A DNA stretch of 64,000 nt from Eledone cirrhosa (lineage: Eukaryota). Shown one piece after another: positions 11,837-24,627 of the stretch (position 1 is the first letter of the stretch; each line of letters begins with the position of its first letter). A program made the translations under genes and the position numbers. The notes under the pieces are model-generated. The model saw only the letters and a program-made list of their open reading frames with translations. It did not search any database and had not been told where the DNA came from. The stretch spans positions 22,010,001 to 22,074,000 of the forward strand of contig OZ024759.1 in NCBI GenBank assembly GCA_964016885.1, read 5' to 3'.

Positions 11837-12912
11837 CACCTAGTACACTCTGTAAAGTAGTTAGTGATAAGATGGGCATCCAGCCGTAGAAAGCCTGGGT
11901 CAGGAGGCCTCAATAGCTGTGTCAAAGACATGACAACAGCATGGCATCTGTGACGTCGCAACTCATGTATATATTATATATGTATATATATATATATATA
12001 TAGATATATATATATATATATATACATATCTATTTATATATATATACACTATATACACACTATATATAATGCTCCCCAAGAAAAAGGCAAAAGCCCGGAC
12101 ATCGCAACTCATTTCTACAGGAAATAAAGTGTCTTGCTAAAGGACACAACACGTCACCCAATCTCGGAATTGAACTCACAACCTCACGATTGCAATCCCA
12201 GTGCTCTAACCACTAAGACATGCGCCTTCATATATATATTTATTTATAATCACTAATTACTAAGAGCAAATGGGTGTATAAGCCTATCAAATACATGTTT
12301 CCATGTTGTTTGGTTGATATTCAGGCCTTCCGATAAAGGTCCAGCTAGGCCCAAAAATCGATTAAAGGTGTTCATTGTTCATTCAATTTACAGGGAAATT
12401 CATATTTTCTTGCATGTTTACATGCCTACATTTTAGATATGTGTATATATTTATCCTTCCAGCGGGCCCTGACGGAAGCAAACGTCTCCAAATGTAAACA
12501 GCCAAACTCATGGATGTTATCCAACCATCTTGCTCAGGATTTACCTCTGGGTCTCTTGCCTGTTGGTTTTGCCCATAAAATCTGTCCAGCAATTCATTTC
12601 TGAGACATTCTAACCACATACCCATAGTATTTGAGCTGTGATTTCTCAATTCAGATAAGTAGCAGCTCTACCTGAATTAACTCTCTGATCTCCAAACTAC
12701 GCACTCTGTCGAGTAACGCTACTCCATAGGCCTTTTGGAGAATTCCCATTTCGGCCACTTGGAGTGTTTGAGGACTCTGCCCCCATGACCTTCTCAGGAA
12801 TAAGTGGGCAAAGAAGAAGTATATATTTATATACACATTAGTGCAGTCTCCATTACGTACTCTGTATATATACAGATATAATTTTATTGTATACTTCGGC
12901 TGCTAGCATACT

Positions 12913-12952
<40 letters not shown>

Positions 12953-12961
12953 ATGTGTGTG

Positions 12962-13058
<97 letters not shown>

Positions 13059-13169
13059 GTATGTCTGTATTATGCATATATATATATATATATTTGTATA
13101 TATATATGTGTGTGTGTGTATATAGGATGTGTATATATATATATGCATATATATATGTATATATATATA

Positions 13170-13225
<56 letters not shown>

Positions 13226-13234
13226 TATATATCA

Positions 13235-13360
13235 GATTCCTGATGATTTCTAAAGAATGAAACAGTTCTAGTCCTATAGAATCTCATCTATATTAAAACT
13301 TTTATACTCTGCAATGTATTGAGTACCTTACTTACTGTGGTTACCTCCGACTAAACCCGG

Positions 13361-13365
<5 letters not shown>
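13235..13365 (+). mobile_element. Short PLE-like element with hammerhead-like core (relative at 10440-10600)
   Basis: CTGATGA TTTC-taaa-GAAT GAAACAGTTC; tail GAGTACCT at 13321; TA flanks. Confidence 0.5.
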
Positions 13366-13406
<41 letters not shown>

Positions 13407-13493
13407 GTAAAAGGTAAACAGAAATAACAACACAATCGGTACAGTATATGGAAGGAATATATTAGGTTAACGCTTGAAATAGCAAGAAGAGGG

Positions 13494-13529
13494 TCTTAAC
13501 GTTTCGGATGCTAGTCCTTCATCAGAAGA
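13494..13529 (-). ncRNA. Minimal type I hammerhead motif (decayed copy at 51981-52016 +)
   Basis: TCTT CTGATGA aGGA-ctagca-TCC GAA ACGT T AAGA. Confidence 0.65.
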
Positions 13530-14023
13530 AAAAAATGAGAAATTAGAAAGATTGAAGGGAGGGGCAGGGTGGAATTGGAAAAAATGTTGTGTGCGTGTGT
13601 GCGTGTGTTTGTATGTATATTTATATATGTATATGTGTGTGTGTGCGTATGTGTGTATGAATGTATATATGTGTATACATGCATATACACATACACACCA
13701 TATGTGTGTACATGTAAAAAATATGTATATTTGAATGCTGTGCACCCTACCTACCATAGTACAACCAGCATCATCATTATCACCACCACCACCACCACTG
13801 CAGTTGTCTAGCTGAAGATATGGCATCCTAACTGCTGTTTGAGTTAAGCCCTTGACACACTTACACAAACCTCCCTCTCTCTCTCTGTATTTCATTCTTT
13901 ATCTCTCATGCTATCTCCTGTATATATATATATGTATATATGTGTGTGTGTGTATATATATATTTATATATATATATATAAGTATATATATATATATGTA
14001 TATATATATACATATGTATATAT

Positions 14024-14080
<57 letters not shown>

Positions 14081-14136
14081 TATGCATATATATATATATA
14101 CACACACACACATATATATATATGTATATGTGTGTG

Positions 14137-14169
<33 letters not shown>

Positions 14170-14249
14170 ATACATATATGTATGTGTGTGTATATATATA
14201 TACATATGTATATATATATATGTGTATATATATATATGTATATATATAT

Positions 14250-14312
<63 letters not shown>

Positions 14313-14341
14313 GCACACACATATATATATATATAAATATC

Positions 14342-14715
14342 ATTTCATCATCATTTCATTTTACGTCCGCTTTTCTCTGCTTGCAAGGGTGGAACGGGAA
14401 CTGATTCTGGCTTGATTTCTACAGCTGGATGCCCTTCCTAACACCAACCTCATTTACAGTGAGTGCTGGGTTCCGTGGCGCCTACACGTCCACTTTACAG
14501 TGTGGGCTGGATGCTTTTTTGCCGTGACACCTCCATGACCACTTTGCAGTGGAATGATAGGGACCCCAGCCCCTATCATCTCATTTCTACAGCTGAGTAA
14601 ACTGAAGAAACGTGAAATAAAGGGTCTTGCTCAAGGAAACAACACATCACCCGGTCCAAGAATTGAACTCACAACCTTTCGATTGCAAGGCCAATGCTCT
14701 AACCACTAAGCCATG
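14342..14715 (-). mobile_element. tRNA-derived SINE with CORE-like centre and RTE-type tail (copies 28933-29278, 54578-54891, partial 12110-12230)
   Basis: A box TGGCTTAGTGG, B box GAGTTCAATTC, CCTTGAGCAAGAC CORE-like segment, tail CCCTTGCAAGCAG..AAAAGCGGACGTAAAATGA. Confidence 0.8.
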
Positions 14716-14776
14716 TGCGATATAAGCGCCCTCTCTCAATTTTTCCATTTCTCAAACTACTGACATATATTCAGAG

Positions 14777-15183
14777 CGGACCATTCTCGCTACATTCACT
14801 CGGACCATTCTCGCTACATTCACTCGGACCATTCTCGCTACATTCACTCGGACCATTCTCGCTACATTCACTCGGACCATTCTCACTACATTCACTCGGA
14901 CCATTCTCGCTACATTCACTCGGACCATTCTCGCTACATTCACTCGGACCATTCTCGCTACATTCACTCGGACCATTCTCACTACATTCACTCGGACCAT
15001 TCTCGCTACATTCACTCGGACCATTCTCACTACATTCACTCGGACCATTCTCGCTACATTCACTCGGACCATTCTCGCTACATTCACTCGGACCATTCTC
15101 GCTACATTCACTCGGACCATTCTCACTACATTCACTCGGACCATTCTCGCTACATTCACTCGGACCATTCTCGCTACATTCAC
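14777..15183. repeat. 24-bp minisatellite, ~17 copies
   Basis: Unit CGGACCATTCTCRCTACATTCACT, very homogeneous. Confidence 0.95.
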
Positions 15184-15299
15184 CCACCTTTCAATAAACT
15201 TGCTAGAAGGCAGCACTTGCCTCTCCACCCTGATTTTCCTCTTCAAGTGAAACTTGAAAAAGTTAATTAAAGATTCGCCGAAGAGGAAAGTGTCTGTCT

Positions 15300-15623
15300 T
15301 TTAACCTTGTCCATAAAAGGAAAATTTGTTATGTTTATTGAGTAGTGACATGCATTTCGCTATTGATCAGCTCAAGGTTCATTCTGTATCAATCTGGCCG
15401 GACTGATAATTACCACAGCAGAGGTCCGACAAGCTTTTGATTGCAGAGTCGGACCAGGTCGATACAGATCGAACCTTGAGCTGATCAATAGCGAACACAC
15501 GTCACTACTCAATAAACAACAAATTTTCCTTTTATTATATTTATGCTCTACTTAGTGCTATGCCTCTTTACAAACTGGAAACTAAGCATCGATTGAACCT
15601 ACAGTAACTGCATGTTACACTCC

Positions 15624-15625
<2 letters not shown>
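15300..15625. mobile_element. Fold-back PLE-like element, family D (decayed core; intact relative at 47590-47880)
   Basis: IR AAAAGGAAAATTTGTT...AACAAATTTTCCTTTT; homologous to 47590-47720 and 58920-59035. Confidence 0.6.
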
Positions 15626-15662
<37 letters not shown>

Positions 15663-18600
15663 GTAAATAAATTTCCATAATAATCAGAAGATTTAAAGGT
15701 AGAAATAGGTCAGACTGTGTCACCAGGCCATCTCCACCCCATCCCCCACCCTCATACCCCACCACCACCACCATAAATATAAATACACCTGTCTTTCCAT
15801 AGTTCAAGATAACATCTGGGTTTTTTTTTTTTTAAGGAGTGGGGGTTTTGTTTTTTTGTTTTGTTTTTCTTTCCTTATCGTTTTTGATAAAAATTGTAAA
15901 TAATTATAATTATTTCTGCTGAAAATGTAAAAAAAAAATAAACAAACAAATGTAACTAAACACAGTAATGCACTAATGTCTTACACTGATGCTCTGCCAA
16001 TTCTGTTGTTTTGTGTCTTGGTAAAAATAGTGATTTCTTACATAGGCACAAAGCCAGGAATTTGGTTGTGTTTGGTTGGGTCTGGTTTGATCATATCAAC
16101 CCCAGTACACAACACTTGTACATTATGTAATTTATCAACCCCAGTGTATTACTGGTACTTTATTTCATCGACTCTGGAAGAATGAAAGTCAAAGCTGACT
16201 TCGGCAAGATTTGAACTCAGAAATATAAACAGTGTTTGTGTTTGTAATTTGGCAGTGTGACCCTCCCAAAATACAAGAATATCTCTCATACTTAACCCTT
16301 TAGCATTTAAACCAGCCATATCTGGCCAGAAGTCTCTCACCTCTTCTGTTCAAACCAGTCATAACCAGCTGCTCATACTGACATTAAGGTATTGTTCTCA
16401 AAATAAATAATATCAAAACCTTATAGATCGATATTATGTGAGATAATTATGTGAGGTAGAGCCTTTTCTGTGAAAATACAGTAGTAAATATAGAGTAATG
16501 TAAATGCTAAAGGGTTGATCATTTACAAAGCCTCGACACATGGAATGGCTCTTCCAGTGCATCTCCCTTACCATCCTCTGGGGAAACATCGTCTTCATTC
16601 TGTGGGGACCATGGGTCGGCCAGTATGTGGGACCATATTTGCTCATAATAGAGAGAGATGGGGGCGATGATAGTGGGAGTTTGGCTCTTCTGTGTTCGGA
16701 CCTAGTGTGCAGCGTCAGTTGTCCGTAAGGAGGTAGTGATTCATCTACTATCATCTAGGATACTATTTGTTATTTTTTACTAGTATATAACACGTAAAGA
16801 GGAAAAAAAAAAATTTACAAAGTGTTGGGCATATTTGTAAATTAGAAAGTATGTTAGCTTTTTGTAAAGCCACCACAATGCAGATTAACTATAAAATGGA
16901 TTAATAAATAAGTCAGGTAAATAAACCCTGAACGAAATCCAAAGTGGTTTACAAGAGAGAAGACTGTTAGTACTGACATGTAATGATGATTGCTGGGCGA
17001 AGAAGTGCCAGGAAATCCCTATGGAAACCTGGGTGGAGGTGGTGAGAGCTGATCTCAAATCGCTGAGACTCAAAGAGGAGATGTTGAAGGAACATGACAG
17101 GTGGAGAGATGCTGTGCTGATGCTTGTGTAAGACTTGTGTAACCTATGCAAGCACGGAAAAGTAGACGTAAAAAGGATGATGATGATGTTGGTAGAAGAT
17201 GCAGTTTTTTTATTCTTGCAGGCGTCATCTCTGTCCACATTTTTTTTCCATTCCCAGGAATTCTTTTCCTCACTTATTCAGGCTATTTTATATTTAACCT
17301 GCATTGTGGCAGCTTTGAAAAAAAAAGCAAAAAATACTTTGAAAATTTTACAACAATATCTATTTCCACACACACACATACATGCATGCACACACACACA
17401 CACAATTTCACATCAAATACACTGCCTCCCCTTCCCCCCACTCTCTAAAATAATAAGATGATGAAATCTAAGTGATGGGGGAAGGGAGGATGGTGGTGAT
17501 GGGGATAGTGATGATGGTTGTTAAGGTGGTGGTGGTAGTAGAGGTGGTGGTGGTGTTGATGCCGGTAGTGGTGGTGGGGGGTGTCTGGAATGATGTCAGT
17601 TTTTAAGGGGTGGGGGGGGGGTGACCTTTGAAAATAAAAGGTCAGTGATGTACTACTGTGTGGTGAATTAATGGAAGGGTGGACTGGGGTAGCCTCCTCC
17701 CAAATAGCTACCAATGCCTAGACTCTCCTCCTCCCTTCCCCCTCTCCCTGCTATCTCCTGACACCACCAACACTGTCATCTTGTACAGATGAAGTTTTCT
17801 ACGCAGTAACTTTTATTACATGTTCTAGTTGACAGGCTGGGGCCATGCTGAGGCACCAAATCTTTTTAAATTGCTAGAAAGAACCACCAAATCTTTATGA
17901 CCTCACCACCAGATCACACCACTACCACCACCAGATCACACCACTACCAACACCACATCACACCACTACCACAACTACACACACTACCACCACCACATCA
18001 CACACATCACACACCACCACATCACACATCACCACACACACCACCACCACCACAACTACTGCTTTTCTCTTGGACATATATTGTATATATACTGTATGTA
18101 TACACTATATATAATGTATATATAGTGTATATATGAGTTGTGACATCACTGGTGCCAAACTGTATCGGCCTTTGCCTTTTCCTTGGACATCATATATGGA
18201 GCATATATAGTATATATATAGAGAGAGAGAGCCTGCAGTGCTGAGACCGAGGAAACCACTAATCGTGGGAGTACTCAATACATGGGGAGATGCAGAGTGG
18301 GTATAGAGATATGTAAAGTCCCGACTGCGGTGGCAAGTGGTTTTAGTTTGTGAGACCCAAGCCAAAACCGCTTGCCGCTGCAGTCAGGATTTTACATATC
18401 TGTGTGTTTATATATATATATAAATGAGTTGTGATGTCACTGGTACCAAGCTGTATCAGCCATTGCTTTTCCCTTGGACAGCATTGGTGGTGGGTAGAGG
18501 GAAGACTAGTATGCAGGGATGACTACTGGTCTTCCAGAAACAATACCTTCCCCAGACATGTGCCTCGGAGAGTCGTTTTCTAGATGCAAATCCCATTGTC

Positions 18601-18945
18601 ATTCGTGACCAAAGGGGTGGAGTCTTTATCCTTTTATATAAAGGGCAAATGATAACAAATAAAACAAAACAAAGTAATTTTTTTTTTGGTGGGGTTACCC
18701 AGTTTATTTCAACATAATATTTCAGGGTTAACACTTTCTTTTCAAATGCAAAACAAAAACGAACGATGTGTTCTTCCTTAACTGGTCCAATTATTTGGAT
18801 ATATTCTGTATAAGCATAACATGGTCACCTGACCTGGCATTGCTCATAACAGGATAACTCATCTAATCCATGCCAGCGTGGAAAAATTTATGTTAAATGG
18901 AGATGATGATGATTATATATATATATTTTGTTTTTCTTCCAACAG

Positions 18946-19108
18946 ATTGAATCTCTGGTGAAAGGTTTTAAGCTGCCTTCAGCCACATATCACCAGGTGA
19001 TGTCATTATGGAAAGAGGAGATGAAGAATGGACTCGGAAAAACCACCAATGCTACTGCTGATATCAAGATGTTTCCGTCCTACGTCCGCGCTTTGCCAAA
19101 TGGAACAG
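18946..19108 (+). CDS. HK: Hexokinase exon (IESLVKGF...[14 protein letters not shown])
   Basis: CAG acceptor, G|GTAC donor, 163 nt. Confidence 0.92.
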
Positions 19109-21031
19109 GTACAAGGATTCTTAAAACACATGTCTATTCAACCATTGACTTGAGATGCATTGAGAAAATTTGAAATTTCATATGTGCACATCCCAACGTT
19201 GATGATTATAATAATAGATGATTACTATAGATAATAGTTCAAAACAACTGTTGACTTAAGAAAGCATTGAGAAAATGTTAAATGTCTTCATCCCAATGCA
19301 GATGATTATAATAATAGTTGATTGCTATATAACATAGTTTCCTTGGTCAGATAGTATCAGCAATGGAAAGACCAATGGAAATATTTTCTCCATTCTTTGA
19401 TCTGACAATTAGCCCCTTTATTCTGCTAGGAGTTATGACAGGCAGACAGTATCAGCAATGGAAAGATCAATGGAAATATAGTTTCCTTGGTCTGACCTGA
19501 TGATTAGCTCCTTTATTTTTCCAGGAATAGTGACCAACAGATAGTAGAAGCAATGAAAAGACCAATGGCAAAATAGTTTTCTTGGTTTGAAAAAAAAAAC
19601 AGTTGATATTTATTTAATTAAGCAAATAGGGCCATTAACCAGCTAAAACTGAACATAGATACTCCTAGAACAAACACTAAGTAATCACTGAATGTCCCTA
19701 TATGTAAATAAGACCATCAAACACCTAACTCTGAATGTAGATACATCTAGAACAAACATAAAGTAATCACAAAATGTGTTTATATGTAAATAATATACTT
19801 AAAAAATAAAGCCAACAATAAACTCTCATTTTAAATACCAGTAGGTGGGAGACAGACATTATCAGGCTATTATGCTGTTTCTGTATAACAATAAACAATA
19901 TTTATTATTATCTGCAGTGACTCTCTAATTCCTTGTTTATTTATATTTTTCTAGAGAAGGGCAAGTTTTTAGCGCTTGACCTTGGTGGAACCAACTTCCG
20001 TGTGTTGTTCATTGATTTAAATGGCCCACTCGCTGACATTGTTAGCAAGACTTACCTCATCCCACAACAGGTGATGTTGGGTACAGGTGAACAGGTAAGT
20101 TACTAGCTATCATTAACAATACTTCTTTAATAAAAAAGTAACAATGATAATTAGATATGTCATGTTAATACAAAGGTGGTGAATTAGCAGAGATAGGGTT
20201 AATATTATTAGCAATACTTCATCTATAGACAAGTAACAATGACAACATTTTTTGCTGACTTAAGTTTTGTTGTTTTTAGCTAATTTTGAGGTGCTGATTT
20301 AAATATGGCATCCATTTTTTTCCTAACACATCAGGTTTTCATTCTTATAGCACATCCCTATCTTATTATGCACTGTATGAATAATATAATTTACTTAGTC
20401 CTATAGCTTGAAACTTTTAGTTATAATGTCAATAGAATCTGATATGATAGATGAAATATAAGATAACATCACCTTTTATTAAATACATCTTGTTAATTCT
20501 CAAATAAAATGGATAAAGCACAAACAATCGTACACTAACCAACATATTCATGGAACATTTTCGCTTACAAGAGTGCCTGGAGTGTTTCATGTCTACACAG
20601 TCTCTTTGAATACTCCAACAGTAGTCTGGCATCATGTGCGTCTTCCATATACCTTGATATCTTGATGGAAGCCCTCACCATGCTCATTGTTTATGTCTCC
20701 AAAATGAGCAGGAAATTCATTGAGATGACTCTTGAGGAAATGAATCTTTATGCTTATGTTGCAGCCTAAAAGATAGTTTAGTCTATCATAAGTTTTAACA
20801 TTTTCCGACTATATTTTCAAAAATGTTTATGTTTTTGAAATGGAGATGTTCAGACATGGGTTGGTAAATAATTATCTTTTTTTGTATACTTTAATGATTC
20901 TGAGGAATTCAGTACAGAGGAATAAAATGGTACTTTCTACTGTATTGAAAGAAACATTCGTAAATCTATTAAATAATATAATGTAATTTAATCCTGGTTA
21001 TTTTTATTCACAAATATATATATATGTATAC

Positions 21032-21077
<46 letters not shown>

Positions 21078-21277
21078 ATAATAATAAAAAATTTGAAGAC
21101 TAAAATCCAAAGAGGCTCGATAAGGATAAATATATATCAAATATATAAGAACCGTAGAGCAAATATTTATTAAAATAACAGATTAAAGTTTAAGCAAAGA
21201 ATCGCTGCTTTCACCCAGAAGATCCCGTTAAGGGTGAAAGCAGCGATTCTTTGCTTAAACTTTAATCTGTTATTTTA

Positions 21278-21313
<36 letters not shown>

Positions 21314-24017
21314 AAAAATTTGCTCTATGGGTTTTATATATATATATTATATATTTTTTATATATAATCCTTATCGAACACTCTTCGGATTTTGGTCTTT
21401 ATAATTATTATTTATATATATATATATATATATTTCTCTCTCCCTATCTCTTTCTCTTTCTTAATATCTATTTCTCACTTCTATTTCCAGTTATTTGGAC
21501 ATGTAGCCAACTGCGTAGCCAATTTCATCCATTTCAATGGACTGGAGTGTGAACGATCTCTTTCACTTGGCTTCACTTTTTCCTTCCCCCTTGTCCAAGA
21601 AGGTCTTGCTTCTGCTCGTCTCTCCAAATGGACAAAAGGTTTCCGTTGTGAAGGTGTCATCGGTGAAGATGTATGTCAACTTCTTCAACAGGCATTGATA
21701 AAAGCTACGGTAAGTTTGACCTTCTCTCATCATAATTTTTAAACAAATAAAAGAAGAAAAAAAATCATCATTGGCAGAATTGGTAGAGCATTGAACAACA
21801 TGCTTTGCAGAGCAACACTCTGTAGTATTAAAGGAGGGCAACTGGGAGAGGGCGCTTGCTCTAGCAGTCAAGGTGACAGTGGCTTTTGTGGGCTTTCTCC
21901 ACGAGTAACCCTCGGTGGTTTCCCCCCTATTGCGGAATTTGTTTCTGTTTCTATATTTTTGTTACATGTTTTTGTTATTGTTATTGTGTTTCCTTTTATA
22001 CACAGAAGCCCATATTTGTACTGTCCTTAATGTTTTCCTTCACATAAACCCTTGTGGTTAATAAAGAAATCATTATTATTATTATTAGGGCATTGGATTG
22101 GCAGTATCAGTAGAGCGCCGGACACCATGCTTTGCTGCATAGAGTTACGGCCCTTTACATTCTGAGTTCAATTCTCGCTGAGCTTAGCTTTGGCTTTCAT
22201 CCTTACAAAGTCGATAAAATACAGCACCAGTAATGCACTGGGGTCGATTTAATAGACTTTGCCCTCCCCTTCAAATTGCTGGCCTTGTGACTAAAGTAGA
22301 AACAATTAAGGGCGGTGGATTGGCAGTATCGGTTGAGTGTTGGACACCCTGATTCGCAGCATAGAGCTACGGCCCTTTACATTCTGAGTTCAAATCCCGT
22401 TGAGGTTAGCTTTGCCTTTCATCCTTACAGGGTCAATGAAATAAAGCACCAGTAACATACTGGGGTCAATTTAATCAACTTTCCCTTCCTCCTAAATTAC
22501 TGGCCTTGTGCCTATACTAGAAATCATTATCAAATAAAACCATTATTCTCGCTGAACTTAGCTTTGGCTTTCATCCTTACAAGGTCAATAAAATACAGCA
22601 CCAGTAATGCACTGGGGTCGATTTAATAGACTTTGTCCTCCCCTTCAAATTGCTGGACTTGTGACTAAAGTAGAAACAATTAAGGGCGGTGGATTGGCAG
22701 TATCGGTAGAGGGTCGGACGCCACGCTTTGCAGCAAGGAGTTACGGCCCTTTATGATCGGAGTTCAAATCCCGCCGAGGTTAACTTTGCCTTCCATCCTT
22801 ACGGGGTCGATAAAATAAAGTACTAGTAATGCACTGGGTAATTGCTGGCCTTGTGCCTAAAGTAGAAACAATTATTATTATTATTATTATTATTATTAAT
22901 ATTGTTATTATTATTTACAGCCAGTACAAATTGAAGTTGTGGCAGTAATTAATGACGCTGTCGGAACTCTGATGTCTGCTGCTCACACTGACAGGAACTG
23001 TGAGATTGGTTTGATTCTTGGTAAGTAATGAACACCACAACTTCTAACACTCATTCTTTCAATATATATTTCATATCTTGTGGTGGGATTGGTGAGAGAG
23101 GTGCTACATGTTGTGAGTGGAGCTGGCGACATGTGATGGAGGTAATACATGTTGAGTGGAGGTGCTACATGTTGTGAGTGGAGGTGTTTTACATGTTGTG
23201 AGTGGAGGTACTACATGTTGTGAGTAGAGATAATACATGTGAGTGGAGGTGATACATGTTATGAGTGGAAGGATTATAGAGAGTGAGTGGAGGTGGCAAC
23301 ATGATGAGAGGGGTGGTTATGAGACCAACATCCTACCCACTAAGCCATAGTAGCTAGCATATGTCATAGATTTATCAATGTCCATTAATAAATGTTGTCT
23401 TGTAGGAACTGGGTGCAATGCCTGCTACATGGAGCAACTGGAAAATGTGCAGACTGTATCCTTAGATGATGATGAACCTCAACAGGTAAGGTCCTTTGAG
23501 CCTTGAAAATCTAGAATGATTCTTTGAAAATCTTGAATGATTGTTTGAATGTCTGGAATGTTTCTTTGAAAGTCTGGAATGATTCTTTTAAAGTCTGGAA
23601 TGGTTCTAGGAAAGTCTGGAATGATTCTTTGAGAGTCTGGAATGGTTCTTTGAAAGTCTGGAATGATTCTTTGAGAGTCTGGAATGGTTCTTTGAAAGTC
23701 TGGAATGATTCTTTGAGAGTCTGGAATGGTTCTTTGAAAGTCTGGAATGGTTCTTTGAAAGTCTGAAATGAATCTTTGAAAGTCTGGAATGGTTCTTTGA
23801 AAGTCTGAAATGAATCTTTGAAAGTCTGGAATGGTTCTTTGAAAATCTGGAATTGTTAAATATGACAGTAGCTACAGTGAGATGTGCTTGAAAGAAGTTC
23901 CAGAAAATGAGTAATATGCTAATGAGAGGGAGGTGGTGTGTCACTAAATCTTAAGGGAAAAGTCTATGTTGTGTGCGTGAGATGTTCCATGTCTAAAAAC
24001 TCCTTAAATACCTAATT

Positions 24018-24058
<41 letters not shown>

Positions 24059-24571
24059 TACTCTCACTCTCTCACACACATACTCTCACTCTTTCTCACT
24101 AACATACTTTCACACACATTCATACTCTTTCTCACACACTATCTCACTCACTCTCTCAAACTCTCAATCTCACACTCACTCACTCTCTCATTCTCTCTCT
24201 CTCTTTCAGGTGATCATCAACACTGAATGGGGAGCATTTGGTGACAATGGATGTCTTGATCTGGTTCGTACAGAATATGACAGAGAGTTGGACACATACT
24301 CCATCAACCCAGGAAAACAACTGTAAGTCCTCTTTACACATACACACCCCACACACACATACATATATATATATATAACAAAGAGGGTGTGGTAAGATAC
24401 CAGGTGGACCATAACGCACCAGAGTACTCAATACCTAGGGTAGTAGAGTGGGTAATGTGAAAAGAGTCAGGACCCCGACGGCTGAGCTCCAGGCATTTCG
24501 ACAGCTAGATCTGAACAGTTCGGATCTAGCTGTCAAAACAGCCGGAGCTCAGCCGTCGGGGTCCTGATTCT

Positions 24572-24627
<56 letters not shown>

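Noticed and set aside
14715-15246. Repeat-protein ORFs (SECSENGP)n, (GPFSLHSL)n and CRISPR-like periodicity
   Set aside because: A 24-bp minisatellite with no unique spacers, no cas genes and no splice support; eukaryotic context.
22684-22780. tRNA-like A and B boxes
   Set aside because: Heads of SINEs, with no full cloverleaf and SINE body and tail following; not tRNA genes.
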